Under the pieces are notes generated by a model, which worked only from the letters and a program-made list of their open reading frames with translations, had not been told where the DNA came from and did no database searches. Position numbers and translations under genes: made by a program. This document shows, in pieces, positions 49,233 to 58,791 of a DNA stretch of 64,000 nt; position 1 is the stretch's first letter; every line of letters begins with the position of its first letter. Source of the stretch: Acidimicrobiia bacterium (GTDB lineage Bacteria; Actinomycetota; Acidimicrobiia; IMCC26256; JAMXLJ01); contig DASRES010000046.1 of the NCBI GenBank assembly GCA_035651955.1, forward strand, positions 6,174 to 70,173. The letters are read 5' to 3'.

Positions 49233-50684
49233 TCAGGTCCCGGCGAGCAACAGGTCGTCGAACGCCTCGCGCAGGCACGCGAGCAGCGCGTCCGGATCCG
49301 TCACCGCGGCCGGGTCGAGATTCAGGCCCATCTGCAGCTCGCCGCCGTAGGAGAGCATCGTGACGTTCAGCGGGCATCCTTCGCGCGGCCCCATCGGGTA
49401 GTTCGCGACGATGCGCGCGCCGCCGGTGTAGAGATCGACGGGACTCCCGCGCAGGTTCGAGGTCGCGAAGTCGATCGTGCCCGACTGGAGGCGAGCCATC
49501 GCGACGAGCGCGGCGGGCGGGAGCGTCGCGAGCAGGCTGGACAACGAGCCGACCGCGCCGAGCGCGGGCTCGTCGCGCAGCCCCGCGAGCCTCGCCCGCA
49601 CGGCGTCGAACCGCTCCTTGGGGTCCTTCGGGACGACGGGTACGAGCACGCGCGTCGGCGCGAACGCGTTGCCCGCGCTCGCCATGCCGTCGGACCGGAG
49701 GTTGACGGGCATCGCCATGCGCAGCTCGTCCACGGGTGAGCCCAGCCGCTCGTGGTAGCGACCGAGCGCGCCCGCGACGCCGGCCACGTACAGGTCGTTG
49801 AGCGTCCCGCCGAGCGCGCGGGCCGCCTGACGCGCGGGCTCGAACGGCACGGTGAACGTCTCGTAGCGCCGCGCGATCGAACGTGTCGCGAACAGGCGCG
49901 ACCGGCCCGGTTCGGTGATCAGCACCTGGCGCCGGACGGAGGCGAGCAGGGCCGCCGTGTCCGCCGCTCGCTCGGCGACGTCCTGCGGGTGAGCGAGGAG
50001 ATCCGCCGTCGCGCGCAGGCTCCACCGCGCGAGCCCGAGCTGCCGGCGCACCACGAAGGAGAGCGCGTCGGCGACCGTGTCCACCAGCGTCGTGCGGTCG
50101 ACGGGGTCGTCGACGACGAGACCGGCGAGCGGGACGTCGTCGTCGGCGATCTCGTCCGACGTCGTGCGCGTGGCGGGGGGATCGGCCTCGAAGTCGACGA
50201 GCGACATCGACAGCTTCAGCGCGCCGACGCCGTCGGTGATCGCGTGGTGCACCTTCTCGAGGAGCGCGACCCGACCGTCGGCCAGCCCTTCGACGAGCGT
50301 GAACTCCCACAACGGGCGGGTGCGGTCGAACGGCGTCGCGGCGAGCACCGCGGCGAGGTCCAGCAGCTCGCGCATCCCGCCCGGGGCCGGCACCGCGACC
50401 TTGCGCAGGTGGTAGTCGAGGTCGATCTCGCGGGGCGGCTGCCACTCGGGCGGCGCGAGTCGCAACGGCGCCGTGACGACACGGTCCGCGAAGTTCGGCA
50501 CGGCGCGCAGCGCGCCGACGACCTTCGCGCGCAGGCGGGCCTCGTCGGGCCGCGACGCGAGGACCGTCACGTTCACGAAGTCCGACCGCAGCGCAGGGTC
50601 GTCGTCGAGCGTCCACATGACGTACTCGGTGTCCGTCATGCGGCGCACCGAGCCGTCGCGGGAGCCGTCCGTGGTCTCGGGCAT
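49233..50684 (-). CDS. wax ester synthase/diacylglycerol acyltransferase (WS/DGAT)
   Basis: Active-site motif HHAITDG; length about 470-480 aa. The start may instead be the internal MTDTEY. Confidence 0.8.
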   Translation of the reverse strand: MPETTDGSRDGSVRRMTDTEYVMWTLDDDPALRSDFVNVTVLASRPDEARLRAKVVGALRAVPNFADRVVTAPLRLAPPEWQPPREIDLDYHLRKVAVPAPGGMRELLDLAAVLAATPFDRTRPLWEFTLVEGLADGRVALLEKVHHAITDGVGALKLSMSLVDFEADPPATRTTSDEIADDDVPLAGLVVDDPVDRTTLVDTVADALSFVVRRQLGLARWSLRATADLLAHPQDVAERAADTAALLASVRRQVLITEPGRSRLFATRSIARRYETFTVPFEPARQAARALGGTLNDLYVAGVAGALGRYHERLGSPVDELRMAMPVNLRSDGMASAGNAFAPTRVLVPVVPKDPKERFDAVRARLAGLRDEPALGAVGSLSSLLATLPPAALVAMARLQSGTIDFATSNLRGSPVDLYTGGARIVANYPMGPREGCPLNVTMLSYGGELQMGLNLDPAAVTDPDALLACLREAFDDLLLAGT

Positions 50685-50735
50685 CGTGTCAGCGTCGCCG
50701 TTCGCCGGAGGCGGCGCAAACGCTCGCCGGTCGCG

Positions 50736-51323
50736 TTATCGCGGGATCCGTGTGCGCTTGAACTCGTTGAGGCGCGTCCAGTCGAGCAGGTCGAGCGCGC
50801 GGTCGAGGTCGTCGACGCGCCCGCGCTCCATGAACCGGACGAAGACCGCCTCGTCGCCGGCGATGAACGTCGGCACGCCGAACACCGACCAGTTGTCGAC
50901 CGCCTCGGTGTGCTCCGCGGCGAGCGTCTTCAGCGGACGACCGGAGTGCGCTTCGCTCGCGACGGCGTCGGGGTCGAGGCCGACCTTGGTGCACACGTCG
51001 CGCAGGACGTCCTCGTGACCGAGCTTCAACCCGTGGTCGTGACGGGCCGCGAACGCCTCGACGTGGAAGTCGAGGAACCGCTCCGGGAACGAGTCGCGCA
51101 CGGCGATCCCGTAGAGGAGCGCGAGCACGCCCGTGCCCCACTCACCGGGCCGGCGTTCCCACACCGGGGCCTCGCCCTCCTCGACGTGGGCCTGGTCGAG
51201 CGAGAACGGCAGGAAGCGGACGTCGAGGTCGCGCCCCTCGCGGAGCGCGTTCACGACGGCCTCGTGACCGTTCCGGGCGAACGGGCAGCGATAGTCCCAG
51301 GTCACGGCGAACGAGCGCGGCAC
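50736..51323 (-). CDS. DsbA-like thioredoxin-fold protein (single Cys: CPFA)
   Basis: GTG start 7 nt after GGAGG. FAVTWDYRCPFARN...VFGVPTFI. Confidence 0.65.
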   Translation of the reverse strand: MPRSFAVTWDYRCPFARNGHEAVVNALREGRDLDVRFLPFSLDQAHVEEGEAPVWERRPGEWGTGVLALLYGIAVRDSFPERFLDFHVEAFAARHDHGLKLGHEDVLRDVCTKVGLDPDAVASEAHSGRPLKTLAAEHTEAVDNWSVFGVPTFIAGDEAVFVRFMERGRVDDLDRALDLLDWTRLNEFKRTRIPR

Positions 51324-51417
51324 GGGCACACCTCCTGCGTCTGCGACGACGGTCACAACCGGGCGACCCGATGAATGATTCCCACGAACCTGTCGCCTCA
51401 CGACCTTTTCGACGGTC

Positions 51418-51969
51418 TCACCGTGAAGGATCGGGGATCACCCGGCGGGCGACCAGCCCGAGCGCGAGCCCGAATGCGGCGCCCGCCGCGACGTCCGACG
51501 CGTGGTGCAGCCGGACGTACACGCGGCTCGCGGAGACGAGTGTGGCGAGCGCGAAGAGGAGCGGCCCGAGGCTCGTCCCCTCGGACAGCATCACCGCGGC
51601 CATGAACGCGGAGGTCGCGTGGCCCGACGGGAACGAGCTCGTGATCGGGCGTCGCATCCCGTACGGCAGCGGCCCGTCGCTGTCGCTCGGCGGCCGGACG
51701 CGCCGGAAGAAGCTCTTCACGATGCCGTTCGTCAGGATCGACTCGCCCGCGATCGCCGTCGCGAGGCGCAGCCCTCGCGTGATGTCGCCCCGCTTCGCCG
51801 ACTGCAGCGCGCCGAGCGCGAACCAGAGGATGCTGTGGTCGGCCGCGCTCGAGAGGCCGTAGAAGACGGCGTCCGCGACCGGCCCGCGGTGCGCGAGCGC
51901 CCACGCGTCGACCGCGTCGTCGATCGCGTGGACGCGTTCCCGCAGACCGCGTGCTCGCGTGGGAGCCAT
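51418..51969 (-). CDS. PAP2 family phosphatase
   Basis: KSFFRRVRP...PSGH...SRVYVRLHHASD (KxxxxxxRP / PSGH / SRxxxxxHxxxD). Confidence 0.8.
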   Translation of the reverse strand: MAPTRARGLRERVHAIDDAVDAWALAHRGPVADAVFYGLSSAADHSILWFALGALQSAKRGDITRGLRLATAIAGESILTNGIVKSFFRRVRPPSDSDGPLPYGMRRPITSSFPSGHATSAFMAAVMLSEGTSLGPLLFALATLVSASRVYVRLHHASDVAAGAAFGLALGLVARRVIPDPSR

Positions 51970-52012
51970 CGGGGCGGCGAGCCTACCGGCCGCCGCGAGC
52001 GTTCCCGTCCGG

Positions 52013-52855
52013 TCAGCTCGCGTTGGCGAGCGGCAGCGTCGGCTCGATGACCGTGCCCGGCCCGAGCAGCTCGCGCGCGAGCAGCGGGTCGCCGCCGTAG
52101 GCGGGGCAGTACGGCTGGAACGCGCAGTAGGTGCACAGCGGCCCGGGGCTCGGTCGGAAGTCCTCGGTCGCGCACGCGCGCTCGATCGCCGACCAGATCG
52201 CGCTGGTGCGGCGCGCGACGCCCGTCACCGACTGCTCCGTGGGCTCGGCGATGATCGCCTCGGGCTTCGACAGGTAGAGGAGCTGCACGCGCGCGGGACG
52301 CCGGCCGAGCATCTGCTCGCAGAGGAGCGCGTACATGTGCACGCCGGCGAGACGCGACCGCTCGCGCTGCTCGGAGGGCACGGAACCGGTCTTGTAGTCG
52401 GTGACGACCCACTCGCCGTCGTCGGCGATCTCGAGCCGGTCGATGATCCCCCGCAGCGTGACCTTGCCGATCTTGGCGGCGAGCTTGAGCTCGAGCCCGA
52501 TGGGGTGCACCGTCGTCGGGTCCTCGAGCTCGAAGTACCGCTCGACCATGCGTCGCGCGTCGGTGTGGAACGCTTCCCACTCGTCGACCGTGAGGTCGAG
52601 ACCGGTGAGATCGGGATGGTCCTGGAGGTCGGCGCGGGCCCGGGCGAGGTCGTCGAGCGCGGCGTCGAGGGTGCGCTCGGCGGGCGCGCGGCACATGAGG
52701 TGCTCGAGCGCGCGGTGGACGAGCGTGCCCTTGCTCGCGGCGGCCGAGGGGGGCTCCGGCAGCCGGTCGACGTAGGCGAACCGGAACGCGAGCGGGCAGT
52801 CCTTGAACGACGAGACGGAGCTCGGCGACAGGGATCCCGGCAGTGCGACGCCCAT
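52013..52855 (-). CDS. PD-(D/E)XK nuclease (RecB/Cas4-like) with C...CxxCxxxxC cluster
   Basis: GIIDRLE...VTDYKTG plus Cys residues at KDCP and CTYCAFQPYC. Confidence 0.75.
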   Translation of the reverse strand: MGVALPGSLSPSSVSSFKDCPLAFRFAYVDRLPEPPSAAASKGTLVHRALEHLMCRAPAERTLDAALDDLARARADLQDHPDLTGLDLTVDEWEAFHTDARRMVERYFELEDPTTVHPIGLELKLAAKIGKVTLRGIIDRLEIADDGEWVVTDYKTGSVPSEQRERSRLAGVHMYALLCEQMLGRRPARVQLLYLSKPEAIIAEPTEQSVTGVARRTSAIWSAIERACATEDFRPSPGPLCTYCAFQPYCPAYGGDPLLARELLGPGTVIEPTLPLANAS

Positions 52856-52907
52856 GCGCCGGAGGGTACAGCGGGGGTGTGTCAGCGACGCGGACCCCGC
52901 GCCGGCG

Positions 52908-53456
52908 TCACGGCTGCCAGCCGGTACGCGCCGCCCACGCCTCGGCTCGTGCGGTGATCTCGGCGACGACGGCCGACTTGGCGTCCGCGTAGTCGTTCAT
53001 GTCGTCCCAGTCGCACCGCGCGAGCTCGCGCTTGATCGCCTCGTAGCGGGCCCGGTCGCCGGCGTCCACGCGCAGCCGGTCACGGAACAGGAGATGGCGA
53101 CGGACGTCGTCGCTCCCGGTCGGCCAGAGGTGGACGTGCACGGAGCGGTCGGGCCGGCGGAACATGCGGTGTCCGGGCTCGCGCACGCGCAGCACGTAGC
53201 CCGCGAGCTCGAGCGCGTCCCCGACGCGCACGTCGTCGACGTCGTCGACCACGACGAGGATGTCGACGATCGGCTTCGCGCCGAGACCGGGGACGCTCGT
53301 CGACCCGATGTGCTCGACGCGTCGCGCCGCCGGACCGAGCGCGTCGGTGATGCACGCGCGCTCGTGCGCGAAGCGCACGGGCCACGCCGGGTCGTACGGC
53401 TCGATGACGATCGCACGGCGCTCGTGCCCGCCGATCAGCCAGTCGTCCGTGCTCAT
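52908..53456 (-). CDS. GrpB family protein
   Basis: YDPAWP..F......I...L.....VEHIGSTSVPGLGAKPIVDI. Confidence 0.8.
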   Translation of the reverse strand: MSTDDWLIGGHERRAIVIEPYDPAWPVRFAHERACITDALGPAARRVEHIGSTSVPGLGAKPIVDILVVVDDVDDVRVGDALELAGYVLRVREPGHRMFRRPDRSVHVHLWPTGSDDVRRHLLFRDRLRVDAGDRARYEAIKRELARCDWDDMNDYADAKSAVVAEITARAEAWAARTGWQP

Positions 53457-53923
53457 CCCATGCCCGCGGCCGTGACGACGCCGCGGTCGAGATAGACGTC
53501 GACGCGATGGGCGTCGAGCTCGGTCGACACGCTCGCGCACGTCCCGTCCGAGCCGACGACGCGCACGTGGTAGCCCTGGCTCGCGGCGAGCGCCTGCGCA
53601 CCCGCGAGCGAGCGGCCGAGATAGCCCGTCAGCTCCTGCGGGGTCTCGGCGATGCAGCTCGCCTGGGGCGACGGCACCGAGCCCGGTCGCGCCGTCGAGG
53701 GCGTCACGCCGCCGTGCGGTGCCGGGGCGGTCGTCGACGAGGGACCGGCCGGCGACATCGTGATGGTGGTCGTCGTCGACGGCACGGTCGTCGAGGTCGA
53801 CGCCGACGTCGACGTCGCGCGCGACGGCCGTGCGCGGTGGCCACTTCCCCCACCGCTGCACGCCGCGAGCGCGACGGTGCTGAGCACCGCGACCGCGCCG
53901 AGTCGCCGGCCTGAACGAACCAT
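53453..53923 (-). CDS. lipoprotein with C-terminal peptidase-inhibitor-I78-like domain
   Basis: Lipobox VALAAC, a Ser/Thr-rich linker, and a C-terminus LTGYLGRSLAGAQALAA..GYHVRVVGSDG...HRVDVYLDRGVV. ATGA overlap with grpB. Confidence 0.55.
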   Translation of the reverse strand: MVRSGRRLGAVAVLSTVALAACSGGGSGHRARPSRATSTSASTSTTVPSTTTTITMSPAGPSSTTAPAPHGGVTPSTARPGSVPSPQASCIAETPQELTGYLGRSLAGAQALAASQGYHVRVVGSDGTCASVSTELDAHRVDVYLDRGVVTAAGMG

Positions 53924-53992
53924 GCCGCCCACGATCGCGCGCCGCCGCCCTCCCGCCCGCGCACCTCGAGCGTGGAAGTACGGTTCCCCGCC

Positions 53993-55006
53993 ATGAAGAT
54001 CGACACGGGACTTCCTGCCGGGACGCTCGACGCGGGCGAGCGGGCGCGCGAGGCCGAGGAGGTCGGCTTCGACGGTCTCCTCGCGGCCGAGACGAGCCAC
54101 GACCCGTTCTTCCCGGTCCTGCTCGCCGCCGAGCGCACGGAGCGCGTGGAGCTCGGCACCGGCATCGCGGTCGCGTTCGCCCGCAACCCGATGACGCTCG
54201 CGAACGTCGGCTACGACCTGCAGCTGTACTCGAAGGGCCGCTTCGTCCTCGGCCTCGGCAGCCAGGTCAAGGCCCACATCGAGAAGCGGTTCTCGATGCC
54301 GTGGTCGCATCCCGCGCCGCGCATGCGCGAGATGATCCTCGCGATGCGCGCCATCTGGGCGAGCTGGAACGACGGCGAGAAGCTCGACTTCCGTGGCGAG
54401 TTCTACCGCCACACGCTCATGACACCGTTCTTCGATCCTGGCCCGAACCCCTACGGCAGCCCGAAGATCCACCTCGCGGCCGTCGGCGGGCTGATGGCCG
54501 AGGTCGCCGGTGAGGTCGCCGACGGCGTCATCCTCCACGGGTTCACGACCGAGCGGTACGTGCGCGAGGTGACGATGCCCGCGCTGGAGCGCGGGTTCGC
54601 GAAGTCGGGCCGCGACCGCGCGTCGTTCGAGATCGGTGGCCCGCTGTTCGTCGTCACGGGGACGAACGAGGAGGAGTTCGCGGCGGCGAAGCAGGGCACG
54701 AAGCAGCAGATCGCGTTCTACGGGTCGACGCCCGCGTACCGGGGCGTGCTCGAGCTGCACGGTTGGGGCGATCTGCAGACCGAGCTCAACTCGCTGTCGA
54801 AGCAGGGCGAGTGGGTGAAGATGGGTGAGCTGATCGACGACGAGATGCTCTCGACGTTCGCGGTCGTCGGCCAACCCGAGGAGATCCCGGGCAAGATGCT
54901 CGCCCGGTACGGCGACCTCGTCGACCGGCTGAGCTTCTACGCCCCGTACCGCAGCGATCCCGAGCGCTGGGCCGGCGTGCTCGAAGGGTTCAAGGCCGCG
55001 GGCTGA
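53993..55006 (+). CDS. LLM-class F420-dependent oxidoreductase (TIGR03617-like)
   Basis: Starts MKIDTGLP (internal Met of the track ORF). VGFDGLLAAETSHDPF...GLGSQVKAHIEKRF. Confidence 0.8.
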   Translation: MKIDTGLPAGTLDAGERAREAEEVGFDGLLAAETSHDPFFPVLLAAERTERVELGTGIAVAFARNPMTLANVGYDLQLYSKGRFVLGLGSQVKAHIEKRFSMPWSHPAPRMREMILAMRAIWASWNDGEKLDFRGEFYRHTLMTPFFDPGPNPYGSPKIHLAAVGGLMAEVAGEVADGVILHGFTTERYVREVTMPALERGFAKSGRDRASFEIGGPLFVVTGTNEEEFAAAKQGTKQQIAFYGSTPAYRGVLELHGWGDLQTELNSLSKQGEWVKMGELIDDEMLSTFAVVGQPEEIPGKMLARYGDLVDRLSFYAPYRSDPERWAGVLEGFKAAG

Positions 55007-55865
55007 CGTCCGCCCACGCGACGATCGACGCGACCGCGCGCTCCGGGTCCTCGAGCGGCCCGAAGTGGCCCAGGCCCTCGAACACCTCGAGCCCGGCGTT
55101 CGGCAGACGGTCCGCGATCTGCTGCGCGAGGCGCGGCGGGATCGCGTCGCTGTGCTCGCCGCACGCGACGAGCGTCGGCGCGTCGACCTCGGGGAGCCGG
55201 GCGAACATCCCGTGCACCGGCGCCATCGCGTACACCTCGGCCTCGTCCTGCGGATGGCACGCCAAGACGTAGTGCGCGCCGTCCTCCGAGCGGCGCAGGC
55301 CGTGCGCGACGTACGCGTGGAGCGCGTCGGCGTGCAGCACGTCGAGCGGCGGCTTCGACGCGAACGCGCGCTCGGCCTGTGCGGGTGAGTCCCAGATCGC
55401 ACGGCGACGGCGCGCGCCCGTCGTCAACGGGTTGTCGAAGTCGGCCGTCATCGGGTCGGTCGTCGCGAACATGATCGGCTCGTAGCACCAGAGTCGCGGG
55501 TACGTGCCGGCGTGGTCGGCCTCACCGAGCAGCAGCGCGGTCGCGCCCTTGGAGTGCCCGACCGCGAGCAACGACGGATCACCGTCGAGCGCGAGGTGGC
55601 GCGTCACGGCGAGCGCGTCGCGCGCGAAGCCGTCCCACCCGTACCCGTCCGGGGAGCGGTCACTCGTTCCGTGGCCGCGGAAGTCGAACGACCAGACACG
55701 GTGACCGCGAGCGACGAGCCGCGTCGCGACCGGCTCCCACACGACGCCGTGGAACCCGGTCGGGTGCGCCAGCAGCACCGGCGGCGCGTCGTGCGCGCCG
55801 CCCCAGTGGTGCACCGTGAGCCGGACGTCACCGGCGTCGATGGTCTCCGAGTGTTCCGGGGGCAC
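54990..55865 (-). CDS. alpha/beta hydrolase
   Basis: LLAHPTGFHG...nucleophile GHSKGA...C-terminal GHFGPLE. Confidence 0.8.
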   Translation of the reverse strand: MPPEHSETIDAGDVRLTVHHWGGAHDAPPVLLAHPTGFHGVVWEPVATRLVARGHRVWSFDFRGHGTSDRSPDGYGWDGFARDALAVTRHLALDGDPSLLAVGHSKGATALLLGEADHAGTYPRLWCYEPIMFATTDPMTADFDNPLTTGARRRRAIWDSPAQAERAFASKPPLDVLHADALHAYVAHGLRRSEDGAHYVLACHPQDEAEVYAMAPVHGMFARLPEVDAPTLVACGEHSDAIPPRLAQQIADRLPNAGLEVFEGLGHFGPLEDPERAVASIVAWADVSPRP

Positions 55866-55915
55866 GGCCGGATCATGCCCGCTGTGGTGCGGCGCGTGCG
55901 CGACGATGTCCGTCC

Positions 55916-56353
55916 GTGACCAGCGACGAGGACGCGGTCTCCGCCGCGAACGCCGCGTTCTACGGCGCGTTCGAGGCGCGCGACCTCGACGCGATGGCCG
56001 ACGTGTGGGACCGCACCGACCGGGCGACGATCACACATCCGGGCTGGCCGACGTTGTACGGGTGGGCGAAGGTCGCAGGGTCGTGGGACGCGATCTTCCG
56101 CCACACGCCCTACATCCAGTTCTTCCTGATGAACGAGCGCGTCCACGTCATGGGCGACGTCGGGTGGGTGACGCTCGAGGAGAACATCCTGCAGGCGACC
56201 GGCGCGGGCGGCGCGGTCGTGCAGGAGGAGCTCGACGCCGCGCGCGTCGCGGCCGTCAACGTGTTCGTGCGCACCGAGGGCCGGTGGCGCATGGTGCTCC
56301 ACCACGGCGCGCCGATCGCGGCGACCGACGAGGACGCGGACGACGAGGCGTGA
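55916..56353 (+). CDS. NTF2-like (SnoaL/DUF4440-type) protein
   Basis: AANAAFYGAFEARDLDAMADVW...THPGW. 145 aa with an acidic tail. Confidence 0.7.
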   Translation: MTSDEDAVSAANAAFYGAFEARDLDAMADVWDRTDRATITHPGWPTLYGWAKVAGSWDAIFRHTPYIQFFLMNERVHVMGDVGWVTLEENILQATGAGGAVVQEELDAARVAAVNVFVRTEGRWRMVLHHGAPIAATDEDADDEA

Positions 56354-56374
56354 GCCTCCCTCGGCTCTTGTGCA

Positions 56375-56415
56375 GCGTCATCCACACCATGTGTGTCTGA
56401 CGCTTCACAGAACGG
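56375..56415. repeat. type-B hairpin element, copy 2
   Basis: GCGTCATCCACACCATGTGTGTCTGACGCTTCACAGAACGG. Lies between the convergent NTF2-like and LLM genes. Confidence 0.7.
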
Positions 56416-56428
56416 TCGGCTGGGCGCG

Positions 56429-57595
56429 TCAGCTCACGGGCGACTGCTTCGCCTGCTTCTTCTCGGCGTGGTCCTGGATCGCGGCCATGATCGACGTCGC
56501 GGCCTGGTTGACGAAGTAGCTGCCACTGCCCGTCACCCACTCGCACGACTCCGCGGGAGGACCGAGCTGGTCCTGGTAGCGCGGCATGACGTACTGCGCG
56601 AACAGCTCGAAGCTCCGGCGCGTCGCCTCCCGGTCCGCCCACTCGTGACCGAAGAACAGGAACGTGCCGAACCCGCCGCTCTGCTCGACCAGCGAGTCGA
56701 TCTTGGCGATCGCGTCGTCGGGCGTGCCGATCACCGCGAAGCCGTCGGCGTCGACGTTCTCGATGATCTCCTCCGCGGTGTCACCGCGCACCGGTCCCGC
56801 GGGGAGCACGTGCGTGAAGTACTTCGAGAACTCGACGATCCCGTACTCGACGTCCTTGCGCGCCTGCTCCTTCGTCTCGGCGAGGTGCATCGGCCCGACC
56901 AGACGCCACTTCGCGCGGTCCGCGACGTGCCCGTGCTCCTCCGCCGTCTCCGCCCACGCGTTCCAGTGCGTGCCGAGGGCGTCGAAGCCCTGCGCGGTCG
57001 TCGCCGCGATCGACAGCAGCCCGACACCGTGCGTGCCCGCCGCGATCGCGCCCGTCGGGGAGATCGACGCCGCGACCGCGATGTCGAAGCAGGGATCGCT
57101 GTACGGACGGAGCTGCAGGCGCGCGTCGCGCAACGTGAACCACTCCGTTTCCTGCGTGACGATCTCGCCGCGCAGCAGCCGCATGATCGCGTCGAGCGCC
57201 TCGTGCATCCGCGGCCGCTGCGCCTCGGCCGGGATGCCGAGCATGTGCGCGTCCGAGGTCAGCTGACCGGGTCCGCATCCGAGCATCGCCCGGCCGCGCG
57301 TCAGGTGGTCGAGGAGGACCATGCGGTCGGCGAGCAGCAGCGGGTGGTGATACGGCAGCGAGTTCACGCCCGTGCCGAGCTTGATGTGCTTCGTGCGCTC
57401 GGCCGCCGTCGCGATGAACACCTCCGGCGAGCCGATGATCTCGTAGCCCGCCGAGTGGTGCTCGCCGATCCACACCTCGTCGAAGCCGAGCGCGTCGAGA
57501 TGCTGGATCAGCTCGAGATCACGCTCGAGGGCGAGCGTCGGGTTCTGACCGACCGGGTGGAAGGGCGCGAGGAAGAGGCCGAATCGCATGCGCAT
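56429..57595 (-). CDS. LLM-class flavin-dependent monooxygenase (LimB-like)
   Basis: 388 aa. MRFGLFLAPFH...LGFDEVWIGEHHS... Confidence 0.85.
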   Translation of the reverse strand: MRMRFGLFLAPFHPVGQNPTLALERDLELIQHLDALGFDEVWIGEHHSAGYEIIGSPEVFIATAAERTKHIKLGTGVNSLPYHHPLLLADRMVLLDHLTRGRAMLGCGPGQLTSDAHMLGIPAEAQRPRMHEALDAIMRLLRGEIVTQETEWFTLRDARLQLRPYSDPCFDIAVAASISPTGAIAAGTHGVGLLSIAATTAQGFDALGTHWNAWAETAEEHGHVADRAKWRLVGPMHLAETKEQARKDVEYGIVEFSKYFTHVLPAGPVRGDTAEEIIENVDADGFAVIGTPDDAIAKIDSLVEQSGGFGTFLFFGHEWADREATRRSFELFAQYVMPRYQDQLGPPAESCEWVTGSGSYFVNQAATSIMAAIQDHAEKKQAKQSPVS

Positions 57596-57616
57596 GGCCG
57601 GTCATTGCAGCCGCAA

Positions 57617-57634
57617 CTTGACCGCACGGTCAAG
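57617..57634. promoter_or_regulatory. palindrome CTTGACCGCACGGTCAAG upstream of the LLM gene
   Basis: 8-bp perfect arms. On the reverse strand it reads TTGACC-18 nt-TGCAAT-8 nt-ATG, a possible leaderless promoter. The same motif occurs at 38860 and 61340. Confidence 0.45.
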
Positions 57635-57718
57635 CGATGCTGACGGCGTGCCCGACGAGCTCTGGAGGAATTGCGACCTCCGCGGTGTTCGATCCACCAA
57701 AGTTCGACGATCGGCTCG

Positions 57719-58423
57719 CTACGGCAGCTGCGAGTGGATCCAGCGGTCGAGCGCGGGGCCGCTCTCGAAGCTGCAGATGAGCGCGTAGCGCGGCGCGGTG
57801 CCGTTGTGGCAGACGACGTGCCACAGCCGCTGCGTGTCGACGACGAAGCGCGCGCCGCGATGCAGCGGGACGCGGTGCTCGGTCGACGGGTCGGGGAGGC
57901 CGTCGTCGCCCTGCTCCATCAGGACCATGAAGCTGTCGGGGTTGTCGGTGAGCTCGAGCCACGCGCGCACGACCCAGCCGTCGCCGTCCGGGTTGAAGCG
58001 GTTGTTGTCGTCGCGGTGGATCTGGCGCAACGACATCTCGTAGTCCTGCGGCTCGAGCTTGATGATCCGTACGCGTCCGAAGTCCGCGCCGACGGACTGC
58101 ACGTAGCGCGTGATCGTCGGGCACTTCGCCGCGTTGGACGTGAGCTTGCCGCCCTTGTCGGGACGTTCGTCCCCCGGCTTCCAGAACCCGCGGCAGTCGA
58201 GCTCGCCGTCGGCGGTCGCGATCGGTGCGAAGTTGGTGTCGCCGCCGCTCTTCCAGTCCATGTACTCGAGGGACTCCCACTCCGACGGCGGGATGTGCTC
58301 GTCGAGGTCGCGCAGCCGCACGAACCCGGTCGCGTCGAGGACCGGGAGCCGCGTGTGCGGCGTGTGCAGCGGGATCTCCGTCGACCAGTGCGGCGTCTTG
58401 AGCAGCTCGTGCACCTGCGTCAT
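57719..58423 (-). CDS. cupin-fold protein resembling Asp/Asn beta-hydroxylase-type 2OG-Fe(II) oxygenases
   Basis: Starts MTQVHELLK. Candidate HxD...H ligands IHRDD ... LWHVVCHNG...RYALI. Weak assignment by eye. Confidence 0.45.
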   Translation of the reverse strand: MTQVHELLKTPHWSTEIPLHTPHTRLPVLDATGFVRLRDLDEHIPPSEWESLEYMDWKSGGDTNFAPIATADGELDCRGFWKPGDERPDKGGKLTSNAAKCPTITRYVQSVGADFGRVRIIKLEPQDYEMSLRQIHRDDNNRFNPDGDGWVVRAWLELTDNPDSFMVLMEQGDDGLPDPSTEHRVPLHRGARFVVDTQRLWHVVCHNGTAPRYALICSFESGPALDRWIHSQLP

Positions 58424-58467
58424 CGCGACGAGTGTACGGACGGCCCGACCGCGAGGCCGGAACCGGC

Positions 58468-58791
58468 TCAGCTCGATCGAGCGGCATGTCGGATCGTCGT
58501 CCAGGTCGATCCGTGCGTCGCGACCGGGACGAAGCCCGTCGACTCGTACAGCCGGCGCGCCGGGTTGCGCTCGGCAACGCTGAGACTGATGGCGGGGTGT
58601 CCGTCCGCAACGCTCGAGTCGCCGTGCCGCGGCCATCCGGCGAGGTAACACGCGTAGCGCGGATCGGCGAGCACGTGATCAGCGGTCGGTGTCGGCTTGT
58701 CGGGACGCCAGACCGCGGCCTCGCCGAGCATCGTCGCGAGGAAGGTGAAGTCCTCGGCCACGGCGGCGCGGAGTCGGACGTCCGTCGTCAC
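58468..58791 (-). CDS. truncated GNAT-like protein lacking the acetyl-CoA motif A
   Basis: 107 aa. The N-terminal GNAT-like region (VRLRAAVAEDFTFLATML) is joined directly to the C-terminal ISLSVAERNPARRLYESTGF, with no R/QxxGxG/A block. GTGA overlap with the NTase stop. Confidence 0.45.
   Translation of the reverse strand: MTTDVRLRAAVAEDFTFLATMLGEAAVWRPDKPTPTADHVLADPRYACYLAGWPRHGDSSVADGHPAISLSVAERNPARRLYESTGFVPVATHGSTWTTIRHAARSS

Noticed and set aside
57637-57780. 47-codon plus-strand ORF starting at the ATG of the shared motif GCGATG
   Set aside because: Codon third positions are not GC-biased (tct, gga, att, gat, cca, gca, agt, aga). It also overlaps the 3' end of the convergent cupin gene. 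It looks non-coding.
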